Positions 19,294 to 29,528 of a stretch of 64,000 nucleotides of DNA are shown here, piece after piece. The stretch lies in assembly GCA_039588275.1 (NCBI GenBank), contig JBDHAC010000016.1, forward strand, positions 1-64,000, in the 5' to 3' direction. Within the stretch, counting starts at the first letter, position 1, and each line of letters begins with the position of its first letter. Under the pieces are notes generated by a model. It was not told the origin of the DNA, did not search any database, and saw only the letters and a program-made list of their open reading frames with translations. The stretch is from Gemmatimonadota bacterium. Its GTDB lineage: Bacteria; Gemmatimonadota; Gemmatimonadetes; Palauibacterales; Palauibacteraceae. Made by a program: the position numbers and the translations under genes.

Positions 19294-19836
19294 CTAGCGG
19301 TGATCGTCGGAGCCTGATCCGGCGTCCTTCGCCGCATCTCCCATGGCTTCGCCGAGCTCCTTCATGCCCTCGGCCATCCCCTCGGCCACGCCCTCCATCG
19401 CATCCTTCATGCCCTCGGCCATGGCCTCGCCGAGCTCCTGCATCGAGACGCCGAGCACGGACTTCATCATCCGGCTACCGGTTTCCTCGAGGTCCACGAG
19501 CCATTGGCCATCGCGCTTCACGAGGGCCGTCTCGAACTCGAGATCGAGGGTGCGCTCCTCCGTCACCGCGGTCATCCGGGTCTCGACGGAGGCCTGGTCA
19601 CCATCGATGACGGTCTCACCGATCTGGAGGCCCTCCATCACCGTGTTGTCGTCGTCGAAGTTCATCGACATGCCCTCGGCCTCGATGGAAAGGGCGAGGA
19701 CGGTCTCCTGGTCGCGCTGCTCCACGGCCTGCCAGAAGCGTTCAGCCACGCTTTCGGGCGCTTCGCCACTGGAGCACGCGGTCACGCCGAGCATCGCCAT
19801 GACGACGAACCCGCTCAACATCCGTATCCCTCTCAT
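19294..19836 (-). CDS. Hypothetical lipoprotein; paralog of 6895-7455
   Basis: AGGAGG RBS; VTAC lipobox; PESVAERFWQAV..WLVD; MAEGMKELGEA repeats. Confidence 0.75.
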   Translation of the reverse strand: MRGIRMLSGFVVMAMLGVTACSSGEAPESVAERFWQAVEQRDQETVLALSIEAEGMSMNFDDDNTVMEGLQIGETVIDGDQASVETRMTAVTEERTLDLEFETALVKRDGQWLVDLEETGSRMMKSVLGVSMQELGEAMAEGMKDAMEGVAEGMAEGMKELGEAMGDAAKDAGSGSDDHR

Positions 19837-19968
19837 CCTCAACCTCCTAATCCCTTGATTCCTGGCGCCTTAGAACCCGGGGGACGAGCCCGGTCCCGGC
19901 TCCATCGAGCAAACCTGATACCAGCGGGCGGGAGACGAGCGCTCATCCCTATGACTGCGGGCCGCCCA

Positions 19969-22900
19969 TCAGATTCGAAACGTGTCCTCCGCCAACACGC
20001 GGTCGAGGGTCGTCACGAGATGGTCCGCATCCGCGTCGGAAAAGACGAGGGGTGGCTTGATCTTGATCACGTTGTGATCCGGGCCATCGGTCGACAGGAG
20101 GATGCCGCGCTGCCTCATCCGCTCGACGGCGAGCGCGGCATGTCGGGGAGCGGGTTGGCGGGTCTCGCGGTCCCGGACGAGCTCGATGCCCAGGAAGAGC
20201 CCCTTTCCCCGCACGTCACCGATTACGGAGTGCGCTTTGACGAGCCCCGTGAGCTCATCGGCGAGGTGCGCGCCCACCCGGCCGGCCCGCTTCTGAAGGT
20301 CTTCGTCACGGATCACGTCCAACACGGCGAGCGCTGCGGCGCACGAGACGGGGTTGCCGCCGAACGTGTTGAAGTACTCCATGCCGGTGTCGAAAGAGGC
20401 CGCGATCTCGGGCGTCGTGACGACGGCGCCGATCGGGTGGCCGTTTCCGATGGGCTTGCCCAGGGTGACGATGTCCGGGACGACTCCCTGTGTCTCGAAC
20501 GCCCAGAAGTGGGATCCTACGCGGCCAAAGCCGACCTGGACCTCATCCGCGATGCACACGCCACCCGCCCCGCGCACGCCGTCGAACGACGCCGCCAGGT
20601 AACCGGCGGGGAGCGGGATCTGTCCCCCACACCCGAGGAGTGACTCGCACACGAACCCCGCGAGCCCGCGACCGGCGAGCTCCTCCGCCGCCTCGCGCAC
20701 ATGCGCCGCGTACCGATGCGCGGCTTCGGGGTCGTTGCCCCGGTACCGACCGCGGTATAGGTCGGGCATCGGAACGACGCGCACGTGCGGTGCAGCGCCC
20801 TCCCCACCGGGGCCATCGAACTTGTAGGGGCTGATCTCGACGAGCGCGCGCGTGTTCCCGTGGTATGCGCCCTCGACGACGATCACCTGATCGCCACCCG
20901 TGTGAGCCCGCGCCATGCGGAGAGCGAGCTCGTTCGCCTCGCTCCCCGAGCACACGAAGAAGCAGACGCGAAGCGGATCGGGGAGCAGCTCGGTCAAGCG
21001 CTCGCCGTACCGCAGAATCTGCTCGTGCAGGTACCGGGTGTTCGTGTTGAGCACCGCGGCCTGTCGTCGGATCGCGTCCACTACGCGTGGATGGCTGTGG
21101 CCGACGTGCGCCACGTTGTTGACGCAGTCGAGGAAGGGCTGGCCATCGGTGTCGTACAGGTACGAGCCGCGGCCCCGAACGATGTGGAGCGGCTCGCGGT
21201 ACGAGAGGCTCAACGAGGGGCCCAGCTGCCGCGCACGCGCATGGATCAGAGTCGCCGGGGATGCGGGACGGGGGGCACGGGTGGGTCGGGGGATGCCGAG
21301 GAGCGCGTTCGGATCCGGACTCAGCGAGAGCCACACCTCTCGTTGGCTCGGAGCGGCCACGCCGGGGAAGGTCCCGCGGTAGTCCAGGAGGTCGGCGATG
21401 AGCTGGAAATGCAGGTGTGGGGGCCAGTCCCCGTTCACCGGACGATCGCCCATGTACCCGACGACCTCGCCCGACTCGAACCGCTTTCCTTCGGACAGCC
21501 CCTCGAGGGAGTCACGCGACAGGTGGCCATACAGGGTCCAGAAGCGCAGCGGCCCGGTCGCGGAATCGACACCCGCCTCGCCGGTCGAACCCCGGATCTC
21601 CGAATCGTCGACCTCGTGCTCGAGGATGATCGTCGGGCCGTAGTCGAGCCGGTCGGCGTTGTCGGCGAAGCTGTGAACGACACCCGGGAGCGGTGCGTAC
21701 ACCGGCGAGCCCGGTGGCTGAAACAGGTCGAGTCCGATGTGAACGGTCCGCCACTCGGGGCGCGCGTCGGCTTCGGTTCTGAACGCTTCACTCGTATAGC
21801 ACCAACGGACTTCGTCGTACCGGCCGATGCCGAGGTCCGCTCCGGCGTCCTCCAGTCGTCGAAACACAGCCCGCGCCCACGCCTCCATGTCACCCGGCGC
21901 GTCGGTCCCGCCGGCCTCCGCGCTCGCCACGCTCAGATCGAAGGCGATCGGCTCGGGGCCATCAGGCTCAGTCTTCACGACAGGCAGGGCGATGTCTCGT
22001 CCCGCGGGCAGCCAGGCCGACAGCCGAGCGCCGGCGGGGCATGGGTCGAAGCCGCATGCGTCGCGCAGCCGATACGAAGCCAGATCGGGTCCGGGCTCGG
22101 CCTCGAAGCGTCGCAGCAGCTCCCAGGCCGCCTTCTGACTGACGAGCAGGTATTCGTTGGTGGGCTCATGCTCCGCGCGTACGGCCGATACGACGACGCT
22201 CAGGCACAGCCGCAGACGAACGAGGTCGAAGAGCGCATCGATCTCGGGCTCGCGCAGGGGATACGCGGTGTGATACCCTCGCGCGATGCGTGCGCACACA
22301 CCGACCGGATCACTCGACCGCATGGCGGCATACGCGCACGCCACGGCCAGCTCGGCCACCGTCCACGAGTGCACCATGTCACCGAAGTCGATCAGGCCGC
22401 TGATACGAGGGGCCATCGCCTCGTCGGTGCCGGGGACCACGGAACGCAGGAGGAGGTTCGCGTCGTTCGCGTCATTGTGGATCACGCTGGCGCGGAGCTC
22501 TCCGAGGCGTGGAACGGTACGCGCCTCGTAGCGATCGAGGCAGCGGGAAACCAGCTCCCGGCGCTCCACGTCATCGATGGCGGCCAGGTGCTCGCGGGTC
22601 AGCCCTGCGCCCCCGGCGAGGTCCCACACCAGCTTTCGATCCGCCTCCGGGTGCGTGAACGTATCCAGGGCTTTGTCGAGCGCGCCGAGGAAGTGCCCCA
22701 GCTCGGCGAGGAGATCGGGCGAGCGCACGCGCTGCGCGAGGGGTCTCCCCGGAACGTAGGTGAGAAGCCGTACGAGGTGGGTCTCACCTGCGGGAGAGGC
22801 GACGGTGGCGATCGGCTGATCGGCCTCCGTAGGTCGCGCGATGGGGAAGTGATACGGCAGCCCGGCGCCCGAGAGGTGCTCCAACGCGCATAGCTGCAGG

Positions 22901-23109
22901 TCGAGAATCTCGCGGCGCTCGGCCGCGTTCGCGATCTTGAGGACGAAGCGTTGATCTGCTTCATCCACGAGGAAGAAATTCTGGTCGCGTTCGCTCGGGA
23001 GCTCCTGCGCGATGGCCTTCAGGCCCCAGAGCTCCCCCGCGATCCGACTCGCGTCGTCTGCGTCGAACCGTGGCCGGCGCGCGGCTACGGAAGCGGCCAG
23101 TGTCTCCAT
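19969..23109 (-). CDS. Fusion: APH-like kinase + M23-like domain + class III PLP enzyme (hydroxylysine kinase/phospho-lyase-like)
   Basis: [22 protein letters not shown] (kinase); HIGLD, LYGHL, HLHFQ (M23); [26 protein letters not shown] (class III). Confidence 0.9.
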   Translation of the reverse strand: METLAASVAARRPRFDADDASRIAGELWGLKAIAQELPSERDQNFFLVDEADQRFVLKIANAAERREILDLQLCALEHLSGAGLPYHFPIARPTEADQPIATVASPAGETHLVRLLTYVPGRPLAQRVRSPDLLAELGHFLGALDKALDTFTHPEADRKLVWDLAGGAGLTREHLAAIDDVERRELVSRCLDRYEARTVPRLGELRASVIHNDANDANLLLRSVVPGTDEAMAPRISGLIDFGDMVHSWTVAELAVACAYAAMRSSDPVGVCARIARGYHTAYPLREPEIDALFDLVRLRLCLSVVVSAVRAEHEPTNEYLLVSQKAAWELLRRFEAEPGPDLASYRLRDACGFDPCPAGARLSAWLPAGRDIALPVVKTEPDGPEPIAFDLSVASAEAGGTDAPGDMEAWARAVFRRLEDAGADLGIGRYDEVRWCYTSEAFRTEADARPEWRTVHIGLDLFQPPGSPVYAPLPGVVHSFADNADRLDYGPTIILEHEVDDSEIRGSTGEAGVDSATGPLRFWTLYGHLSRDSLEGLSEGKRFESGEVVGYMGDRPVNGDWPPHLHFQLIADLLDYRGTFPGVAAPSQREVWLSLSPDPNALLGIPRPTRAPRPASPATLIHARARQLGPSLSLSYREPLHIVRGRGSYLYDTDGQPFLDCVNNVAHVGHSHPRVVDAIRRQAAVLNTNTRYLHEQILRYGERLTELLPDPLRVCFFVCSGSEANELALRMARAHTGGDQVIVVEGAYHGNTRALVEISPYKFDGPGGEGAAPHVRVVPMPDLYRGRYRGNDPEAAHRYAAHVREAAEELAGRGLAGFVCESLLGCGGQIPLPAGYLAASFDGVRGAGGVCIADEVQVGFGRVGSHFWAFETQGVVPDIVTLGKPIGNGHPIGAVVTTPEIAASFDTGMEYFNTFGGNPVSCAAALAVLDVIRDEDLQKRAGRVGAHLADELTGLVKAHSVIGDVRGKGLFLGIELVRDRETRQPAPRHAALAVERMRQRGILLSTDGPDHNVIKIKPPLVFSDADADHLVTTLDRVLAEDTFRI

Positions 23110-23133
23110 GTCCCAAGAAGCTCTAGGGTCGGG

Positions 23134-23764
23134 ATGCGCGAAGTCAATGGAGCCCTGTTGTTCGCGGTCGTGCTCGTGGGGTCGGTGCTCACGACCGCCG
23201 GTTCCCTCGCGTTCTCACGTCTACGGGCGACCGCCCAATCGTGGGCAGCTGCCGTCGCGGTCCTCGCCTATGCAGCGCTTCTCGTGTTTCGGCCGGCCGG
23301 TCTCGTGTCGAGCAACGCCGCGGTCCTCGCGGTCTCCATCGCCGCCGGCACGCGGCTCGGCCGAGGGCTGCGGAGTCGCGGGGCGCTGCTCGCGTTCGCG
23401 ATCACGGCTTCCGTCATCGACATCGTCTCTTTCACCACGGGTCCGACGCGCTGGCTCCTGGGTCGTGGCGGGGGCTCGGCCTGGGAAGGCATCCGTTACC
23501 TGGCCGTCTCGCTGCCGCTGACCGATGGCATCGTCCCGGTGGTGGGGGTAGGCGATCTATTCGTCCTGGCGCTGTTGTTCACGGGACTGCGCGGGCTGGG
23601 CGTACCCTTCTTTCACGAGTGCGTGCGCCCTCTCGGCCGGGCTGCTCGCGGCTCTCGCGGTCGGGCTGGCCGCGGGCGGCGCCTTCGGCATCCCCTTCAT
23701 GGCGGCCGCCGCGTGGCTGTGCCCGTGGATGAGCCCTCGCTCGCGGGCGCAGACCAGGCCGTGA
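23134..23764 (+). pseudogene. Multi-TM GxGD-type (presenilin-like) membrane protein with an apparent +1 frameshift near 23611
   Basis: VIDIVSF and VGVGDL motifs. In-frame text turns Arg/Gly-rich after ..VPFF, while the +1 frame continues hydrophobic: TSACALSAGLLAALAVGLAAGGAFGIPFMAAAAWLCPW to TGA at 23762-23764. May be a sequencing error. Confidence 0.6.
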
Positions 23765-23876
23765 AGTCGAGCTGATGGTCCCGATTCTCACCGCGCTTGC
23801 CGGCATCCCCGGGCGCCGTCTATCGTCAGGGCATCCCCACACGGACTACGCAGTCCCGCTTCCGGAGTCGATAGCC

Positions 23877-26369
23877 ATGATGAGCACGCAAGTATCCAGA
23901 CGCCCGCTGCGCGCCGCCGCCGCGAGCCTCCTGTTCGTTTTCGCATGCTTTCTTCTGACCGCCGTCCCCGCGTTGGCCCAGGAACCGTACCAGATGCCGC
24001 CACCCGAGCTGGCCGCGCTGGTGGACGCGCCGATAACCCCTTCGGTGAGCCTGAGCCCGGATGGCTCGGTCCTCTTGCTCATGGAGCGCCCGAGCTTGCC
24101 CGGCATCGCCGAGGTATCCGCCCCGGAGCTGCGGCTGGCGGGCCTGCGGATCAACCCACGCACGAACGGGCCCAGTCGATCCCGGCCCTTCTCGAACCTG
24201 GCGCTGCGGACGTTGGATGGGCAGGAACGCCCGATCGTCGGTCTGCCGCCGGAGGCACGGATCCGTAACGTGCACTGGTCTCCCGACGGGAGTCACTTCG
24301 CCTTCACCGTGGACCGCGACGAGCGGATCGAGATGTGGGTCGGCAACGTAGGCAACGCTCGCGCGTGGCGGTTGTTGGACGCCGCCGTCAACGACGCGTA
24401 CTACGGCAGCGCGTACGAGTGGGTCTCCGACGGCCGCACGCTGGTGGTGCGCACGGTCCCCGACGGCCGAGGGCCCGCTCCCGAAGCCCCGCGCGTCCCG
24501 ATAGGACCCGTCATTCAGGAGACCACCGGCGAGGCGGCGCCCGCGCGGACCTATCAGGATCTGCTGGCGAACGCCCACGACGAGGCGCTCTTCGAGCACC
24601 TCGTGACGACGCAGCTCGTGCGCGTCGATCTGGATGGCCAGGTCGCCCAGCTGGGCGAGCAGATGCTCGTGCGAGACGCGAGTCCCTCACCGGATGGCCG
24701 CTATCTGCTCGTCGAGGCGTCCCACCGGCCGTTCTCGTACCTGGTGCCCGGCAGTCGCTTCCCGAATCGGATCACGGTCCTGGATCTGGACGGGAATCTC
24801 GTGAAGGAGATCGTGGACCTGCCGCTGGCCGAGAACGTGCCGACGGCGTTCGGGTCCGTGCCGACGGGGATCCGCTCGATCGGCTGGCGGGCGGATGAGC
24901 CCGCGACCCTGTACTGGGTGGAGGCGCTGGATGGAGGGGACGCACACGCGGAGGCCGACGAGCGCGACCGCGTGTTCACCCTGGACGCCCCCTTCGAGGG
25001 CGAGCCCGTGGCGATCGCGACGCTCCCGCTCCGCTACGCCGGTATCTCCTGGGCCGAAGAGGGATTCGCGCTGCTGAGCGAGCGCTGGTGGTCCACGCGG
25101 CAGACCCGCGTGTACGTCGTGAATCCCGACATGCCTTCCGAGCCGCGCGTCCTGTTCGATCGCTCATACGAGGACCGGTACAACGATCCCGGCCGCCCGC
25201 TCACCCGCCCGACGGAGCACGGCACGAACGTGATCATGACCGCGGACGACGGGGGAGCGGTCTTCCTTACCGGACAGGGCGCTTCACCCGAGGGTAATCG
25301 TCCGTTCCTGCGCCGGCTCACACTCGAGAGCGGCGAGCTCGAGGAGCTCTTCCGCTCGGAGGCTCCGTACTACGAGCTCCCCATAACGCTGATCGACGAC
25401 GAGGGATCGAAGCTGCTCACGCGGCGCGAGACGAACACCGACCCGCCCAACTTCTACGTGCACGACCTGGAGTCGGGCGACATCACGGCGGTGACGGAGT
25501 TTCCGCACCCCTATCCGCACCTCGCCGACATCCAGAAGGAAGCCATCCAGTACGAGCGTGCGGACGGAGTCCCGCTGAGCGCCACCATCTACCTGCCAGC
25601 GGGATACGAGGCCGGGCGGGATGGCCCGCTCCCGGCGTTCGTGTGGGCTTATCCGCGCGAGTTCAAGAGTCTGGACGCGGCCGGCCAGCGCACGGACTCG
25701 CCCCACCAGTTCAAGAGCGTCAGTTATTGGGGCGCGATACCGTACGTGACGCGCGGGTACGCGGTGATCAACAACGCCTCGATGCCGGTCGTGGGCGAGG
25801 GCGAAGCGGAGCCCAACGACACCTTCCGCGAGCAGTTGGTGGCGAACGCACAGGCCGCGATCGATGAGGGAGTTCGACGCGGGGTCGTGGATCCCGAGCG
25901 GGTAGCGATCGGCGGACACTCGTACGGAGCGTTCATGACCGGCAACCTGCTCGCGCATTCCGATCTGTTCCGCGCCGGCATCGCGCGCAGCGGGGCCTAT
26001 AACCGGACGCTTACGCCGTTCGGGTTCCAGGCGGAGGAGCGGCTCTTTTGGGAGTCGCCCGAGACCTACTTCTACATGTCTCCCTTCATGCACGCGGAGA
26101 AGGTGAACGAGCCGATCCTGCTGATTCACGGGGAGGCGGACAACAACTCGGGCACCTTCCCGATCCAGAGTCGGCGTTACTACGCGGCATTGAAGGGTCT
26201 CGGGGCGACCGCGCGGCTCGTCATGTTGCCGCACGAGAGCCACGGGTATGTGGCCCGCGAGTCGCTCCTGCACATGCTGTGGGAGACGGATCGCTGGCTG
26301 GAGACGCACGTGAAGAACGCGCCTCCAAGGGAGGAGAAACGGGTGACCGCAGCCGGATCAGGCAGCTGA
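23877..26369 (+). CDS. Secreted S9-family peptidase (glutamyl endopeptidase-like)
   Basis: Signal peptide; RTYQDLL, WAYPREF, GGHSYGAFM, DNNSGTFP, ESHGY. Confidence 0.92.
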   Translation: MMSTQVSRRPLRAAAASLLFVFACFLLTAVPALAQEPYQMPPPELAALVDAPITPSVSLSPDGSVLLLMERPSLPGIAEVSAPELRLAGLRINPRTNGPSRSRPFSNLALRTLDGQERPIVGLPPEARIRNVHWSPDGSHFAFTVDRDERIEMWVGNVGNARAWRLLDAAVNDAYYGSAYEWVSDGRTLVVRTVPDGRGPAPEAPRVPIGPVIQETTGEAAPARTYQDLLANAHDEALFEHLVTTQLVRVDLDGQVAQLGEQMLVRDASPSPDGRYLLVEASHRPFSYLVPGSRFPNRITVLDLDGNLVKEIVDLPLAENVPTAFGSVPTGIRSIGWRADEPATLYWVEALDGGDAHAEADERDRVFTLDAPFEGEPVAIATLPLRYAGISWAEEGFALLSERWWSTRQTRVYVVNPDMPSEPRVLFDRSYEDRYNDPGRPLTRPTEHGTNVIMTADDGGAVFLTGQGASPEGNRPFLRRLTLESGELEELFRSEAPYYELPITLIDDEGSKLLTRRETNTDPPNFYVHDLESGDITAVTEFPHPYPHLADIQKEAIQYERADGVPLSATIYLPAGYEAGRDGPLPAFVWAYPREFKSLDAAGQRTDSPHQFKSVSYWGAIPYVTRGYAVINNASMPVVGEGEAEPNDTFREQLVANAQAAIDEGVRRGVVDPERVAIGGHSYGAFMTGNLLAHSDLFRAGIARSGAYNRTLTPFGFQAEERLFWESPETYFYMSPFMHAEKVNEPILLIHGEADNNSGTFPIQSRRYYAALKGLGATARLVMLPHESHGYVARESLLHMLWETDRWLETHVKNAPPREEKRVTAAGSGS

Positions 26370-26395
26370 CGGCCGACCCACGCCGCCTCCACGGT

Positions 26396-26437
26396 GAGCC
26401 CCGCGGTCGCCCCTCCGGCGGCTGCGGGGCTTCTTTC
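26396..26437 (+). terminator. Putative intrinsic terminator
   Basis: gagccccgcggtcgcc-ctcc-ggcggctgcggggctt followed by ctttct, 27 nt after the peptidase stop. Confidence 0.65.
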
Positions 26438-26446
26438 TGATCGTCC

Positions 26447-26475
26447 TTGGCGACGTCCTCGTGGGGGGCTATCCT
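26447..26475 (+). promoter_or_regulatory. Putative sigma70 promoter for glyQS
   Basis: TTGGCG-17 nt-TATCCT. Confidence 0.5.
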
Positions 26476-26486
26476 TTTTGCCCCGC

Positions 26487-26519
26487 GCCGGAGCCGATTC
26501 CTCGGCTCCGGCTTTGTTT
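26487..26519 (+). terminator. Terminator-like hairpin in the glyQS leader
   Basis: Perfect 11-bp stem gccggagccga/tcggctccggc, loop ttcc, then tttgttt. Confidence 0.5.
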
Positions 26520-26580
26520 GCGAGGCGGGACAGAGCGACGTGAGACCCGGACCCGGCAGGCTGCTAGAACCGCGTCACCG

Positions 26581-28005
26581 ATGACTCCGAAGGCGATGAC
26601 TCCCGACGCCGAGACCGAAGACCAGAACGAGGCCGCAGAGGCCACCACACACCCGCCCGATCTCATGGAGAAGCTCGTCTCCCTGTGCAAGCGGCGAGGG
26701 TTCATCTACCAATCCTCCGAGATCTACGGTGGGCTCGGATCCGTGTACGACTACGGCCCGCTCGGCGTCGAGCTGAAGGAGCACGTTCGAGCCGCCTGGT
26801 GGGAGGAGATGGTCTACCGCCACGAGGAGATCGTGGGGATCGACGCGGGGATTCTGATGCACCCCGAAGTCTGGGTGGCCAGCGGTCACGTGGGTGGCTT
26901 CTCGGATCCTCTCGTCGAATGCCGCAACTGTCACCGGCGCTTCAGAGCCGACGAGTTGGAGGCGATCGCCGCGGGCCAGCCCGAGGAGCAGCAGTGCCCC
27001 GTGTGCGGCAAGACCGGCGAGTTCACCGAGCCCCGACAGTTCAACCTCATGTTCAAGACGTTCATGGGGCCGGTCGAGGACGACGCCGCGGTGGTCTACC
27101 TGCGCCCCGAGACCGCGCAGGGGATCTACGTCAATTTCAGGAACGTGCTCGACAGCGCGCGCGGGAAGATCCCGTTCGGGATCGCCCAGGTCGGGAAGGC
27201 GTTCCGAAACGAGATCACCACAGGGAACTTCGTCTTTCGGACGCGCGAGTTCGAGCAAATGGAGATGCAGTTCTTCGTAAAGCCCGGCACCGATGAGGAG
27301 TGGTTCGAAACGTGGAAGGAGCGCCGCATGGCGTGGGTCGAATCGCTCGGCATCCGACGCGAGCGGCTGAGGTTTCACGAGCATGGCCCGGATGAGCTGG
27401 CGCATTACGCGAAGACGGCATTCGACATCGAGTACCGGTTCCCGTTTGGATGGCAAGAGTTCGAGGGGATCCACAATCGCACCGATTTCGATCTCGCGGC
27501 ACACCAGACGCACACCGGCAAGAAGCTGGAGTACTTCGACCCCGCTTCCGGGGATCGTTTCGTCCCGTACGTCATCGAGACCTCGGCGGGTCTGAACCGG
27601 ACGATGCTCGTCGTCCTGGCGGACGCCTACCACGAGGAGGAAGTGGCCGGCGAGGCCCGGGTCGTTCTGCGGCTGCTGCCCCGTCTGGCGCCGATCAAAG
27701 CGGCGGTCTTCCCGCTCGTGAAGAAGGACGGGATGCCGGAGATCGCGGCCAATATCGCGTCCGAGCTGCGCGGGAAGCTCAACGTGTTCTACGACGCCGC
27801 GGGCTCGATCGGGCGCCGATACCGCCGGCAGGATGAGGCCGGTACGCCGTTCTGCCTTACGGTCGACGGCCAGACTCTGGAGGACGAGACCGTCACCGTG
27901 CGGGATCGAGACACGCTCGAGCAGGTGCGCGCGCCGATCGCCGGTGTGGAGACCTACCTCATGGACGCCCTGCAGCGCTCGCCGAGGGGCGCCACGGCGG
28001 CCTGA
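26581..28005 (+). CDS. glyQS: Glycine--tRNA ligase, homodimeric (alpha2) type
   Basis: SLCKRRGF, YDYGPLG, YLRPETAQG, FRNEIT, FRTREFEQME, IGRRYRRQDE. Confidence 0.96.
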   Translation: MTPKAMTPDAETEDQNEAAEATTHPPDLMEKLVSLCKRRGFIYQSSEIYGGLGSVYDYGPLGVELKEHVRAAWWEEMVYRHEEIVGIDAGILMHPEVWVASGHVGGFSDPLVECRNCHRRFRADELEAIAAGQPEEQQCPVCGKTGEFTEPRQFNLMFKTFMGPVEDDAAVVYLRPETAQGIYVNFRNVLDSARGKIPFGIAQVGKAFRNEITTGNFVFRTREFEQMEMQFFVKPGTDEEWFETWKERRMAWVESLGIRRERLRFHEHGPDELAHYAKTAFDIEYRFPFGWQEFEGIHNRTDFDLAAHQTHTGKKLEYFDPASGDRFVPYVIETSAGLNRTMLVVLADAYHEEEVAGEARVVLRLLPRLAPIKAAVFPLVKKDGMPEIAANIASELRGKLNVFYDAAGSIGRRYRRQDEAGTPFCLTVDGQTLEDETVTVRDRDTLEQVRAPIAGVETYLMDALQRSPRGATAA

Positions 28006-28034
28006 GGGGCTGGGTCTGAAGGTCTGTTCGGATC

Positions 28035-29528
28035 ATGTCTCTGGGCATAGCGGAGATCCGCGACACGGCAGAGCGCCTCAAAGGGGCGATCGCCGCCGAG
28101 CGGTACGAGACCAAGGCGGGGCTGAAGGAGCGTTCGGCCTTCGGCCCGCTATACGATGACCACAGACTCCTGCGGGAGCCCGAGGTCCTCCCAGCGCTCC
28201 AGCGGGGCCTCGCCGAGGCCACGGGCGATGATCGCCGTCGACTCGGTTGGCTCCTTTGCTGGGTGTCGGATCAGCGTGTCGAGGCTGAGCTCGCCCCGCT
28301 CGAAGACCAGCTCCGCGCCTGGGAAACGAGTGCCACGGTCCGCCTCGGACCGAGCCTTCTCCCCTTGCGGCGTGTGCCGGCGCGAGTCGCGCAAACCGCG
28401 GATCGCCTTGAGCGGCTAGCCTGGAACGACGCCAGGAACCACCGGCTCGAGGATGCGGCCGCCCTCCAGTTGGACATTCTCTACCGCGAGCGGGAAGCAG
28501 TCGCCGAGCTGGGATTCGGCGACTACATAGAGGCGCGCGAGCGCCTGGCCGGGTTCAACATTCGGGGGCTGGGCCGGGAGGCGGTGCGGATCCTCTCGCA
28601 CACGGAGGACGTCTACCGGGAGCACCTGCGCTTCCACGCACGCACACACCTCACGATCGATCCCGAGGACGCCGCACGCCCCGATCTGCTCTGGCTGCGC
28701 CGAATGTCGTGGCTGGCCGATCGATTCGGGCTCCCATCCATCCTCGCCGCGATCCAAAGCGATTTGGCGGAGCTGGGCCTGCCGCTGGAGGCGAACGGCA
28801 AGGTCCAGCTGGATCTGGACATCCGGCCGCTCAAGGTGAGCGAATCCTTCAGCGTCGGACTTCAGGTGCCGGGCCGGGTCGTGCTGGTCGCCCCTCGCGT
28901 CGGTGGGTGGGGCGATTGCGAATCGCTACTGCACGAGGTCGGGCACGTCCTGCACTTTGCCTATACGGGCGCGCGACTACCATTCGAGTATCGGGCCCTG
29001 GGTGACACGTCTGTGACCGAGACGTTCGCCCTGCTGTTCGAGCTGCTGGTGCTGGAGGTGGGGTGGGCGGAACGAATCACCGGCATGGAAGGCCCGGAGC
29101 TCGCGGAATACCGACGCCTCGCCGCGTTCCTCAAGCTCTGTCGACTGCGGCTCCACGCGGCCCGGCTTCTGTACGAGCTCGAGCTCGCAAATGCCGAGCG
29201 CCCGGGTCAGATGGCACCCCGTTACGCCGAGCTGGTTGGCGGGGCGACCGGCTTCGCCCACGACGAACGCACGTATTTGGAGGACGTGCGGCGCGGCTTC
29301 TGGGTGGCCAGACAGCTCCGGGGCTGGATGCTGGTCGCCATCCTGCGCCGCGTGTTACGCGACCGGTTCGATGAGGATTGGTACCGGAACCCGGCCGCAG
29401 GATCGTTTCTGGGCGAGATCCTGTCCGCCGGTCAGCGGGAGGACTCGGGTCAGCTCGCCATGCAGCTCGGGGCCGACAGACTGACCGCCCATCCGCTGCT
29501 GGACAGCGTGTCTGAATGGCTGGACTGA
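28035..29528 (+). CDS. M3/gluzincin-like metallopeptidase-fold protein
   Basis: HEVGH plus a downstream TETFALLFE third-ligand helix. Confidence 0.65.
   Translation: MSLGIAEIRDTAERLKGAIAAERYETKAGLKERSAFGPLYDDHRLLREPEVLPALQRGLAEATGDDRRRLGWLLCWVSDQRVEAELAPLEDQLRAWETSATVRLGPSLLPLRRVPARVAQTADRLERLAWNDARNHRLEDAAALQLDILYREREAVAELGFGDYIEARERLAGFNIRGLGREAVRILSHTEDVYREHLRFHARTHLTIDPEDAARPDLLWLRRMSWLADRFGLPSILAAIQSDLAELGLPLEANGKVQLDLDIRPLKVSESFSVGLQVPGRVVLVAPRVGGWGDCESLLHEVGHVLHFAYTGARLPFEYRALGDTSVTETFALLFELLVLEVGWAERITGMEGPELAEYRRLAAFLKLCRLRLHAARLLYELELANAERPGQMAPRYAELVGGATGFAHDERTYLEDVRRGFWVARQLRGWMLVAILRRVLRDRFDEDWYRNPAAGSFLGEILSAGQREDSGQLAMQLGADRLTAHPLLDSVSEWLD

Noticed and set aside
26560..26580. 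T-box riboswitch upstream of glyQS (tagaaccgcg)
   Set aside because: Lacks the UGGN of the T-box bulge, and the leader is too short for stem I
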